Origin: an uncultured Verrucomicrobiae bacterium
GTDB taxonomy: Bacteria > Verrucomicrobiota > Verrucomicrobiia > Chthoniobacterales > Chthoniobacteraceae
Length of the DNA: 64,000 nucleotides
Assembly: GCA_963769025.1 (NCBI GenBank)
Contig: CAVYKI010000003.1
Coordinates: 512,001 to 576,000, forward strand
Direction: 5' to 3'
Shown here: one piece after another, positions 31,535 through 41,956 of the stretch
Layout: each line of letters begins with the position of its first letter
How positions within the stretch are numbered: position 1 is the first letter of the stretch
The notes under the pieces: model-generated
The model's input: the letters and a program-made list of their open reading frames with translations, nothing else
Databases searched by the model: none
What the model was told of the DNA's origin: nothing
Position numbers and translations under genes: made by a program

Positions 31535-32464
31535 CTACTTCATCGGCGCCCCATCGAGCGGCGTGCCGTTGGTGTCGAGGATCTGGAATTCGTGGATGCC
31601 GCCCTTTTTCTCCCGCTCAAAGGTCCACACGACCTTCTTGTCGCGCGTGACTTCGAGCAGCTTCACCTTCTGGTCGCCCGCGCCGTAGCTGGTGATGACC
31701 GTGTTGCCGTTTGGCAGGCGCTGCGCGCCGCACGGGTCCTTGAGCAGCGGTGCAGGAAGGTCGGCGTTGGTGAGTTGCCAGACGATCTTCGCGGATGCGT
31801 CCACCTCGACGACCGTATTGCCGTTCGTAAGGGTCACGAGCGTGTTGCCATCGGGCAGGCGGATGGCGGTGAAAGGCCACGAGTTCTTCGGCTCCTCGGG
31901 CGACTTGAATTCCCACACGATTTTCCCCTCGGGCGTGTATTCGCGCACGACCTTGTCGTGGAGCTGCGGCACGAGGTAGTTGCCGTTCGCGAGCTTGCGC
32001 GCCATGCGGCTCTCCATGTGGTGATTCGTGTTCTGGCATTGGAGCGCGACTTCGACGGCGATCTTCCCGTCGCGCGTGACTTCGAGCAGCCGCGGCTTCG
32101 CGCCGGCTTCGGTGAGCATGATGTTGCCCTGTGCGGGAGGCTGCGCGGGCAAGAGCTGCGCGGTGTTCACCTCCGATTGCGTGCCTTTGAATTCGAAGAC
32201 GATCCTGTTGTCGCGCGTGACCTCGACGACTGCGCCACCGGGGTAGGCTTTGCTCTTCGAGAGCGCGAGGAGGAGGTTGCCATTCGGCAGCACGAAGCCG
32301 TCGCGCGTCGCGGCGGGATAACTCCAGAGCGGCTTGCCGTCGTTCGAGAGGATCGCGGTTTCGCTGCCGGCGATGAAGAAGGAGTGGGTGATTTTTTCCG
32401 GAGCGGGCTCGGCGGCAAAGACTGCGGACGCGACGGCGAGGAGGGACAGGAGGGTTGTGCGCAT
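31535..32464 (-). CDS. Secreted beta-propeller repeat protein
   Basis: Signal peptide MRTTLLSLLAVASAVFA; repeated RLPNGNTL...EV..GKIVW units. Confidence 0.75.
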   Translation of the reverse strand: MRTTLLSLLAVASAVFAAEPAPEKITHSFFIAGSETAILSNDGKPLWSYPAATRDGFVLPNGNLLLALSKSKAYPGGAVVEVTRDNRIVFEFKGTQSEVNTAQLLPAQPPAQGNIMLTEAGAKPRLLEVTRDGKIAVEVALQCQNTNHHMESRMARKLANGNYLVPQLHDKVVREYTPEGKIVWEFKSPEEPKNSWPFTAIRLPDGNTLVTLTNGNTVVEVDASAKIVWQLTNADLPAPLLKDPCGAQRLPNGNTVITSYGAGDQKVKLLEVTRDKKVVWTFEREKKGGIHEFQILDTNGTPLDGAPMK

Positions 32465-32584
32465 CGTGGCAGGCTGCCAGAGGGCTCCATGACTGTCATC
32501 GTGGAAAAGGCCGGCGTGGCTCGCGCAGATTGAGTCGGCACCCCGCACCGATGTCTGCGCGGAGCGGAGATCGAAAGGAAGTGA

Positions 32585-33991
32585 CTACTTGAGCACCTCG
32601 CGGATGGCCGTCTTCATCACCGCCTCGCTGCCGGGCGGTGTCCACGCCCAGTCGTTGAGATTGCTGTCCTTTTCCGCAAACGCGCGGTCGATCGGAATAT
32701 AGCCGGGGCCGCATTCGCCGTAGCCCATCACCATCACGAAGGCATCGGGACGGAGTTCCTGCGCGAAGAGCTGGAACTCGACGTAGGCTTCCGCAGGCAG
32801 GAGCAGGAGCACGTGCGCGGGATCGAATTCAATGGCAGGCACCTCGACGCGGTGGCCGCGCTTCACGCGCTCGTACCACGCGAGGCCCATCGCGGCCTCG
32901 GCGCGCTCGAAGGGACGGACGCCAGTGGCCAGGCGTTTGCGGAGGAGCTCCTCGGTGTGGTTCGGCGTGTCGCGCGCGCCGAGCGGCATCAGCGCGAGCT
33001 TGAAGCCGGCGCCGGTCAGCGGTGTGCGCCGCGTGTTCGTCCAAGCATTTTCCATCGCGTCGTGGAGTCGTCCGGCGAGTGCAGGCCTGCTTTCGGGAGC
33101 GCCGGTGTTGTATTTTCCCGCGGTCACGTTTCCCGCGCAGCCGGTCGCGTAGATTTGCAGCACGTCAGGATGCGCCTTTTGCATCAGCGCGCGCGCATCG
33201 CCTGGAAAATCGGCCGACACTTTGCCCGCACCGTAGCTGCTCATCGGGTGCACCGCGTAGGTGTGCAGCGCGCAGACCGGCTTGTCGCCGTCCCAAAAAC
33301 TCAGCGTGCGCAGCCACGGGTCGATGGCGCCTTCGTCAGCGTCCTGCGCCTCCTTGTTAGTCGTGCGGCTCATGCGGCCGTACGACAAGGCGCCGGCGCT
33401 GGTGAAAAACCGGCGGTTGCTCGCGATGCGTTCCACTTTCGCCCGGCCCGCACCGAAGTGCGTGATGCGCGTCGCGTGCTTCAGGCTCTCGCGGATGGCG
33501 GCTGAGACTCGCACGATGCACTCGTCGTTGAAAGCCGGCTGGCAGACGGACGCGACTTGGATCGGCGCCTTCGGATCGGGCGGCGGGATGGCTTTCCACG
33601 CGCCGGTCGCCTCCATGTCGCGAAGCAATTTCTCGGCGTCCTCGTCCATGACCGGCGCGTCGTGGACATGAGTGGACGTGACGAGCACCCGCTGCGGCTC
33701 CGTCCCCGCGGCCTCAGCGAGCGCCCGCTTCCATTTGTCGAACGATGTCCCGCGGATTTCGCACCAGTCGAACGCGATCAACACGAAAGGCTTCTCCGCA
33801 CCCATCAGCACGAAGCCCTTCGCGAAGAGCGGGTCCGCGACCGACTTCGCGGGCGAGATCCCGCCGCCCATGCACGGGTGCCCGATCGGAATCGTCACAT
33901 CCACGGAAAAAGTGGCGATGCGGAATTCCGCGGCGGTTCCGGAGAGCGTGGCCACAAGTAGAAACAGAAGCGCGGAGAGTCGGAGGGGCAT
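32585..33991 (-). CDS. Secreted hydrolase, neutral/alkaline-ceramidase-like PVC family
   Basis: Signal peptide; STHVHDAP, YAVHP, SADFPG, GCAGNV and GYGECGPGYIP. Confidence 0.65.
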   Translation of the reverse strand: MPLRLSALLFLLVATLSGTAAEFRIATFSVDVTIPIGHPCMGGGISPAKSVADPLFAKGFVLMGAEKPFVLIAFDWCEIRGTSFDKWKRALAEAAGTEPQRVLVTSTHVHDAPVMDEDAEKLLRDMEATGAWKAIPPPDPKAPIQVASVCQPAFNDECIVRVSAAIRESLKHATRITHFGAGRAKVERIASNRRFFTSAGALSYGRMSRTTNKEAQDADEGAIDPWLRTLSFWDGDKPVCALHTYAVHPMSSYGAGKVSADFPGDARALMQKAHPDVLQIYATGCAGNVTAGKYNTGAPESRPALAGRLHDAMENAWTNTRRTPLTGAGFKLALMPLGARDTPNHTEELLRKRLATGVRPFERAEAAMGLAWYERVKRGHRVEVPAIEFDPAHVLLLLPAEAYVEFQLFAQELRPDAFVMVMGYGECGPGYIPIDRAFAEKDSNLNDWAWTPPGSEAVMKTAIREVLK

Positions 33992-34116
33992 GGGAGTAAG
34001 CAGTCAGGGATACAACTCCCTTCGATGATCGATCTTATCGTGCGACAGGGACGCAGACACTCCTGTCCGCGGACAGCTTTCGCGCTCAGGATCGCCCGCG
34101 TTACGACGCAACCGCC

Positions 34117-34968
34117 CTACCGCGCTTCTGAAAGAAACCCCCGCAACGCACGCAGCACCGCCTCCGGAGAGTCTCGGTGAAGCTGATGGCCGATGCCGGG
34201 GAAGCGCACGCGGTGGCAGGAAGACAATGCCTGCACGACCTCGTCCGAATCAGCGTCGCTCATCACGCCGCCAGCCGCCGGGTCCGCCTGAAGCAGCAGC
34301 ACGGGGCATCGGACACGCGAGAGCACTTGCGCGACATCATAGCCGTCGAGCCAGCAACCCTCAATGAGGGGCGTGAGCACTTCCGGATCGACCATGGCGA
34401 GGCATTCCGCGCCCCAGAGCAGCGCCGCGCGGTCGCGCAGATCGCCGAGGCGTTTGAAAGTGCCGCCAGGCGCGGGCAGGCGGATCTCGGCGAGCGCGTC
34501 GGCCAATTCCTCAATCGTGCCGCCGCCCCGCACGGCGTCACGCGTTCCGGTGAACTGCGCGTGCCACGCGGTGGCCGCGAGGCGATTGCCCATTGTGTGA
34601 AAAGGAGGGTCCGCGAGGACGACGGCGCGCGCGAGTTGCGGCACTTCCGCCGCCACCGCAGCGGCGACCATCGCGCCGAGGGAATGGCCGAGAATGACGA
34701 GTGGCGCGGCGATCTTAGCGTGTACGAACTGCACCGCGTCCGACACGTAATCCATCACGCGATAGCTCCCCGCCCGATCCGATCCACCATGACCGCGGTG
34801 ATCGAGCGCGATGACGCGCCACTCGCGCGCGAGCTCAGGCAGGAGCGGCTCCCAATCGCGCCAGCAGCGGGTGACGCCGTGGAGCAACAGCAGAGTCGGA
34901 CCCGCAGCGGGGCCTTCGGCGTAGCGCAGCGCCGGCTTCCCGTCATAAACTCCCGTGGAAAAGTTCAC
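34117..34968 (-). CDS. Alpha/beta hydrolase
   Basis: LLHG, DHRGHG, nucleophile elbow GHSLG and catalytic His region GIGHQLH. Confidence 0.9.
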   Translation of the reverse strand: MNFSTGVYDGKPALRYAEGPAAGPTLLLLHGVTRCWRDWEPLLPELAREWRVIALDHRGHGGSDRAGSYRVMDYVSDAVQFVHAKIAAPLVILGHSLGAMVAAAVAAEVPQLARAVVLADPPFHTMGNRLAATAWHAQFTGTRDAVRGGGTIEELADALAEIRLPAPGGTFKRLGDLRDRAALLWGAECLAMVDPEVLTPLIEGCWLDGYDVAQVLSRVRCPVLLLQADPAAGGVMSDADSDEVVQALSSCHRVRFPGIGHQLHRDSPEAVLRALRGFLSEAR

Positions 34969-35300
34969 TTCTCGCTCTTCACTGCGGTGAAAAACGGCTC
35001 TGCGAGTTGCCCGGCCTTGATGATGCCACGTCGCATCGCGGCGATGAATTTCTTCCGGTTCTCGGGCAGCCGGCCATTGGTGATACGCGTCGTGCCTTGG
35101 GGGATGTTCATGGCTGTGACCGAGTTGAGCTTATCAAGCAGCGGCTGGCCATCGCGATCGATTTCCTTTTTTGAAACGCACCGTGTTGAGCTGACAGGCG
35201 GAAGGGGCCCTTGGAAATTTTCCAAAGACGACCGACGGCGCAAGGTGTACCGAATAACGCGCGCTGCGGGAGCCTTCGGGGTTTCGCAGGCATTCCTCCG

Positions 35301-36767
35301 ATGAAAACGACCACCCCGCTGTGCCACGCCGGCCATTTCCATGGCATGACGCGGCGCACCGCGATCCAGGCGGGTGCCATCGGGCTGCTGGGGCTCGGGA
35401 TGAATCACATCGCGGGGCTGCGCGCGCTAGGTGCTTCGGTCGGCGGCCCGAAGGCCGAGGGGAAGGCGAAGTCGGTCATCTACATTTTCCTCTCGGGCGG
35501 GCTCGCGCAGCACGAGAGCTTTGACATGAAGCCGGACGCTCCGATCGAGGTGCGCGGCGAATTTAATCCGATTCGCACGAGCGTGCCGGGCATGCACATC
35601 TGCGAACATCTGCCGGAACTGGCGAAGCGCGCGCACAAGTTTGCGCTCGTGCGCTCGCTCACGCATCCGTCGAACGACCACTCGGCCGCGCACCATATCA
35701 TGCTCACCGGGCACAGTGAGCTGCCGCTCGGCTTCGACCCAAACAAGCCGAAGGAAAGCGACTACCCGAGCATCGCGGCGGTCGCGGGCGCGGTGCTGCC
35801 GCGGCGGAACAATCTCCCGCCGGCGATCGTGCTCCCGGAGAAATTGCGGCATCGCACGGGGCGCACGATTCCCGGGCAGTCCGCTGCGCAGTTGGGGAGG
35901 CAGCATGAGCCGTGGTTCCTGGAAATGTCGCCGTATCACCCGGCGGACTACGGCGCGTTTCCCGAGTATCTCTTTCATCATGAAAAGGGGAGCGCCACGG
36001 ACACGAGCCTCATCTACGAGGCGCCGCACCTCTCGCTCCCGCAGGGCCTGAGCACCGCGCGCGTGATGGATCGCGTGGCGCTGCGCGGCGAACTCGAGCG
36101 GCAGTCGGCGTTGGTCGAGGGCACTGTGGACGATCCCGGCCTCGACAAGTATCGCGACGCAGCGGTGTCGCTGATCACGAATGGAAAGGTCCACGATGCC
36201 TTCGACATCAGCCGCGCCGATCCGAAGTGGCTCGACCGTTACGGGCGCAACAGCTTCGGCTGGTCGCTGCTCATGGCGCGGCAGCTCCTGGAGGTCGGCG
36301 TGCGCCTCGTGCAGGTGAACCTCGGCAACAACGAGACGTGGGACACGCATCAGGCCGCATTTCCTAATCTGAAAAACTACCTTCTGCCGCCGATGGACCG
36401 CGCGGTGAGCGCGCTCATGGACGATCTCGAATCGCGCGGCCTGCTCTCGGAGACGCTCATCGTGATGGGCGGCGAATTTGGCCGCACTCCGCGCCTGTCG
36501 AAAATCTCCGGAGCACGGCTGCCGGGCCGTGATCATTGGGGCGCGAGCCAGACGGTGTTTCTCGCCGGCGGCGGCGTGCGCGGCGGGACGGTCATCGGCG
36601 CCACGGATCGCATCGGCGCGTATCCCTCGGAGTCGCCGCAGCGGCCCGAAAATCTCGCGGCGACGATCTACCAGGGCCTCGGCCTCCCGCGGACGGTCGA
36701 ATGGCACGACCCACTGGACCGCCCGCATTCGGTGTACGACGCGGAGCCGATTCCGGGGCTCACCTGA
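35301..36767 (+). CDS. DUF1501 protein
   Basis: TRRTAIQAG, SVIYIFLSGG..QHESFDMKP, WDTH, GEFGRTP and GRDHWG. Confidence 0.92.
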   Translation: MKTTTPLCHAGHFHGMTRRTAIQAGAIGLLGLGMNHIAGLRALGASVGGPKAEGKAKSVIYIFLSGGLAQHESFDMKPDAPIEVRGEFNPIRTSVPGMHICEHLPELAKRAHKFALVRSLTHPSNDHSAAHHIMLTGHSELPLGFDPNKPKESDYPSIAAVAGAVLPRRNNLPPAIVLPEKLRHRTGRTIPGQSAAQLGRQHEPWFLEMSPYHPADYGAFPEYLFHHEKGSATDTSLIYEAPHLSLPQGLSTARVMDRVALRGELERQSALVEGTVDDPGLDKYRDAAVSLITNGKVHDAFDISRADPKWLDRYGRNSFGWSLLMARQLLEVGVRLVQVNLGNNETWDTHQAAFPNLKNYLLPPMDRAVSALMDDLESRGLLSETLIVMGGEFGRTPRLSKISGARLPGRDHWGASQTVFLAGGGVRGGTVIGATDRIGAYPSESPQRPENLAATIYQGLGLPRTVEWHDPLDRPHSVYDAEPIPGLT

Positions 36768-37062
36768 CGCCGAGAAAATGGCGGACGGGGTAAGGCGCTG
36801 TTCATCGCTGCAACGCGCGCGTAAGCGCCTGACCAAGATGCGAACTGCGGATCGTACGACAAACAGAACGCCCGTCGCGCACTGCTTCGCGCTGCGAGCG
36901 TTGTTTTGGAATCTGGCGGCACCCCGCGCCTTCCGGTTGCGGCCCGTCGTTGCTCCAAAGGCATCGTGCCGGCTAAGGAGCGCCGCCCATGGGGTTCATC
37001 TAGATCCTGTGATCCCCGAACGCAAATTTTCCGCCACCCTCCAGCACGCCGCCGAATCGTTC

Positions 37063-40000
37063 ATGCATCGGGTCCCGGCATGCGCGTCGGCTGCGCGGAT
37101 CGTCGCGCTGGTGTTCCTTTTCACCCTGCCCGCGCGCGCGGCGCTGAAACCTGCGGAGACCGCCGAGGCGATGCGGGTGCTGAAGACGAACTGCTTCTCC
37201 TGCCACAGTGACAACGAAAAAGAAGGGCGGGCTGGTGATGACCACGCGCGAGGCGCTCATGAAAGGCGGCGATGACGGCGCGGCGCTCACCGTCGGCAAA
37301 CCGGAGGAGAGCCCGCTCATTTCCTCGCTCGCCGCGGACGCTGACCCGCACATGCCGCCGAAGAAGCAGCTCACCGCCGCGCAGATCGAACTGCTGCGCC
37401 GCTGGGTGAAGGAAGGCGCGCCATGGGACGCGGCGGCGCTGAAGGACCGGCCGTCGGCACCTCGCACCGTCGCGCTCGCGACCGCTTCCGGCGGCGTATC
37501 GCCCGGCGCTCGCGCTTGCGCTTTCGCCCGATGCAAAGCGCCTCGCCGTCAGCTGCGGAAACGAAGTCGTGCTCTACGATGTGACGGCAAAGGAACCATC
37601 CGTCGTCGCCCGTGCGAGCGCGCACCTCGATCCGGTGCAGTCGCTCGTCTGGAGTCCGGACGGCAAATCGATCGCGACCGGTGCGTTTCGGCGGATCATT
37701 TTGTGGAATGGCGAATCGCTCGCACAGGAACGCGAGATCATCGGCGGGCTGACCGACCGGATCGCCGCGCTGCGGTTCCTGCCCGATGGAAAGCAGCTCG
37801 TCGCGGCGGATGGCCGCGTCTCGGAGGAGGGAACGGTCCGCATCATCGACATCGAGACCGGCGCGCAGGCCGCGTCGTGGGTCGCGCACGGTGACACCAT
37901 TTTCGACCTCGCGCTCAGCGCCGACGGCAAGCTGCTCGCCACCGCGGGCGGCGACAGGCTGGTGAAGATTTGGGACGTCGCGACGCGCAAGGAAATCGCA
38001 AAGCTGGAAGGCCACACCGCGCAGGTGCTCGCGGTCGCGTTCGACGAAAAGGCGGCTCAGCTCATCAGCGGCGGCGCGGACCAGCAGCTCAAACTGTGGG
38101 ACGTGAAGACGAGGGAGCGCATCAATTCCCTCGGCCGGCACACCAGCGCGGTCACGTCGCTAGCGTGGGTGAAAGGCGGGCCGACGATCGTTGCCGCAAC
38201 CGAAGGCGGTGAAGCCCTGCTTTACACCGACCTCCAGCCGCACAGCGGCGGCCAGTCCTCGGCATCTGCGAAAGAGCGGCGACTGCCCGGCGCGGACAGC
38301 GCCCTGCACAGCATCGCGGCGAGCGCCGATGGCATCCTCGTCTTCGCCGGCACGCAGGACGGACGGCTCCTCGCGTGGGACAAAGCCGGCAAACTCACTG
38401 CCACGATCGACGTGCGCGCCGGTAGGGCGGCTTCGCCGAAGCCGCCCACGCCATCGCCCGAAAGTCCCGGCGAGAGCGCCCCGCCCAGATCGCCGAGCTT
38501 CGTGCGCGACGTCCTGCCGATCCTCAGCAAGGCCGGATGCAACGCCGGCGCGTGCCACGCGAAGCCGGATGGCCAGAACGGATTTCATCTCACGGTCTTT
38601 TCCTACGATCCGCTCGCCGACCACCGGGAGATCACGCAGGAAGCGCGCGGACGCCGCGTCTTTCCCGCATCGCCGGATGAGAGCCTGCTGCTGCTCAAGT
38701 CCACGCTCGCCGTGCCGCACGAAGGCGGCGAGCGCATCGACAAAAACTCGGACGCCTACCGCACGCTCGTGCAGTGGATTCGCGGCGGCATGATGTATCG
38801 CGCGGAAGATGAGCCTTCGCTCGACCGTCTCACCGTCACGCCGCGCCGAGCGCACTTACAAAAAATCCGAGACGCAGCAGCTCACGGTAAAGGCGCATTA
38901 CTCGGACGGCTCGGTGCGCGACGTCACCGGGCTTGCGAGCTTCGAATCGAACGACAAGGAAGTCGCGCGCGTCACCGAGGATGGCCTCGTGCGCGTTGGC
39001 AACCTGAGCGGCCAAGGCGTGATCATCGCGCGCTACATGGGGCTCGTCAGCGACTCGCGGGTCAGCGTGCCCGCGGACAAACTGCTTCCCGAGGAAAAAT
39101 ACACCGGGCTGACCGTGAGAAATTTCATCGACGAGCATGCCTACGCGCAGTTCAGGCGCCTGGGCCTTTTCCCGTCGGAGCCGTGCAGCGATGCCGAGTT
39201 CCTGCGCCGCGCATCGCTCGACACCATCGGCGTGCTGCCGACTCCGGAAGAGGCCCGCGCCTTTCTCGCCGACACCGATCCGCAGAAGCGCGAGAAGCTC
39301 ATCGAGCGCCTGCTCGCGCATCCCGCTTAGGCGGATTTCTGGGCGAACAAATGGGCCGACCTGCTGCGCCCGAACACCGACCGCGCGGGCATCAAGAGCG
39401 TGTACGTGCTCGACCAGTGGCTGCGCGAGAGCTTCCGCGCGAACAAGCCGTACGACCAGTTCGTGCGCGACATCATCACCAGCGAGGGCAACACGCACCG
39501 CTTCGGCCCCGCGGTGATCTATCGCGACAAGCGCGAGCCGGCGGATTTCACCACGATGTTCAGCCAGCTCTTCCTCGGCGTGCGGCTCGACTGCGCGAAG
39601 TGCCATCATCATCCGAACGAAAAATGGGGGCAGGACGACTTCTACCGGTTCGCTGCGTTCTTCGGACCGATGAAGCAAAAAGGCGCCGGCATCTCCGCGC
39701 CGATCTCCGCGGGAAATGAGACGTTCTATTTTCGCTCCGGGAAAATCGGTGAAGCATCCGGTGACCGGCGAGGTGATGCAGCCGCAGCCGCCCGACGGCC
39801 CCGCGGTGAAAGGCGACGACACCACCGACCCGCGCCGCGCGCTCGCCGACTGGATGACCGATGCGAAGAATCCGTTCTTCGCCCGGGCCGCGGCGAACCG
39901 CGTGTGGGGCGCGTTCTTCGGCCGCGGCATCGTGGATCCGGTGGATGATTTCCGCATTTCGAATCCGCCGTCGAACCCCGCGCTGCTCGACGCGCTCGGG

Positions 40001-40610
40001 CAGGAATTCGTGCGGCAGAAATTCGACCTCAAGGCGCTGATGCGGACCATCCTGCGCTCGCAGCTCTACCAGCTCAGCGCCACGCCGAACGACACCAACC
40101 GCGCCGACACGCGCAATTTCTCCCGCGCGTACCGCCGCCGCCTGCCCGCCGAGTCGCTCGCCGATGCCATCGCCGACATCACCGGCGTGCCGGACAACTA
40201 TCGCCGGCATGCCGCCCGGCAGCCGCGCGATGCAGGCGTGGACCTACAAGATCGATTCGCAGACGATGGACGCCTTCAGCCGTCCGAACTCCAGCAGCGA
40301 CTGCCCGAGCGAACGCGACGCGAAGCCGAGCATCGTGCAGGCGCTGCACCTCATGAACTCCCGCGGCCTGCAGGAGAAGCTCGCGAGCAAGGCCGCGGCC
40401 GCCCGCGTGCATCGCCTCGCGGAGAGCCAGCTCCAACCCGGGGAAATCATCACCGAGCTCTACCTCGCCTGCTACTCGCGCAAGCCGGCCGACGATGAAC
40501 TGAAAATCGCCACCGCGGCTTTCACCGCCGAAGGCGCGACCCGTCGCACCGCGACCGAGGACGTCCTTTGGGCACTAATGAACTCCGCCGAGTTTGTATT
40601 TAATCACTGA
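37063..40610 (+). CDS. Cytochrome c + WD40 + Ig-like + DUF1549/DUF1553 fusion (frameshifts and one internal TAG)
   Basis: CFSCH; WD40 repeats (VKIWD, LKLWD); [40 protein letters not shown]; ends EFVFNH. Confidence 0.85.
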
Positions 40611-40614
40611 CCCC

Positions 40615-41953
40615 ATGACTTCCCTCCACCGCAACTGTGCCGGCATTACCCGTCGCGACTTCCTGCAAGTCGGGCTCGGGGGCACGCTCGGGCTCGGACT
40701 GTGCGACCTGCTGCGGATGCGCGCGTCGGCTGCGGCTTCGGCCCATTCGCCTGCGGCGAAGAAGGTGAACTGCATCATGATCTGGCTCGATGGCGGGCCG
40801 TCGCACTACGAGACGTTCGACCCGAAGCCGGATGCGCCGGCGGAGATTCGCGGGACTTTCAAAACGATCCCGACCTGCGTGCCGGGCGTGCATTTCTCCG
40901 AGCCGGTGCCGGAACTGGCGAAGGCGTTCGACAAGTTCACCGTCGTCCGCTCCATCGCGCACAAGGACCCGAACCACGGCGGCGGCAACCACTACATGAT
41001 GACCGGCGCGCCGACGCCGGTGCCGGTGGGCTGCGGCGCGTTCGTCACGTTTCACCCGTCATTCGGCTCGATGGTCTCCTACGACCGCGGCGTGCGCAGC
41101 GGGCTGCCGGCCTACATGGCGATGCCGTCGAATACGCGCACCGGCGGGCCGAATTTCCTCGGCGGCCAGCACGCGCCGTTCGTCATCGGCGGCGATCCGA
41201 ACTCGCAGGGCTTCCAAGTGCGCGATGTCGTCCTGCCAGCGGACATCGCCGAAGGCCGCGCACACACACGCCGCGATTTGCGCGCGTCGCTCGACCGCAT
41301 GCTGCGCTTCAACGACAAGGCCGACGGACGATCCGGCGGTGGTGTTCGACAAATTTTACCAGCAGGGATTCGACCTCGTGTCCTCGACGAAGGCGCAGGC
41401 GGCCTTCGACATCAGCCGCGAGGACGCGAAGATGCGCGACCGCTATGGGCGCAACGATTTCGGCCAGCGGATGCTGCTGGCGCGGCGGCTCGTCGAGGTC
41501 GGCGTGTCGTGGGTCACGGTGAACTACGGCGGCTGGGACGATCACCGGAAGCTCTTCGAGACCTACAAGGGCAAGCGCCTCGCGACTTTCGACCAGGGCC
41601 TCTCCGCGCTGCTCACGGATCTGCAGGAGCGCGGGCTGCTGGAGAACACGCTGGTGATCGCGCTCGGCGAGTTCGGCCGCACGCCGAAGATCAACAAGGA
41701 CGCAGGCCGCGACCATTGGCCTCACGCGATGTCGGTGCTGATGGCGGGCGCGGGAATCCCCGGCGGGCAGATCGTCGGCGCGACGGATGCGAAGGGCTAC
41801 CACGCCTCGGAGAACGTGTACCGGCCGGAGGATTTCGCCGCGTCGCTCTACACGAAGATGGGCATCGATCCGAACCAGGTGCTGCACACCACGACCGGCA
41901 GGCCGGTTCATCTCGTGAACGAGGGGCGGCTGATCAAGGAGCTGTTCGTCTAG
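40615..41953 (+). CDS. DUF1501 protein (frameshift near 41325)
   Basis: TRRDFLQVG, WLDGGPSHYETFDPKP, GWDDH, GEFGRTP and GRDHWP. Confidence 0.92.
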
Positions 41954-41956
41954 CGC

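Noticed and set aside
36768..37062. Possible ncRNA in the ~300-bp gap between DUF1501 and the fusion gene
   Set aside because: No convincing stems or motifs found by eye.
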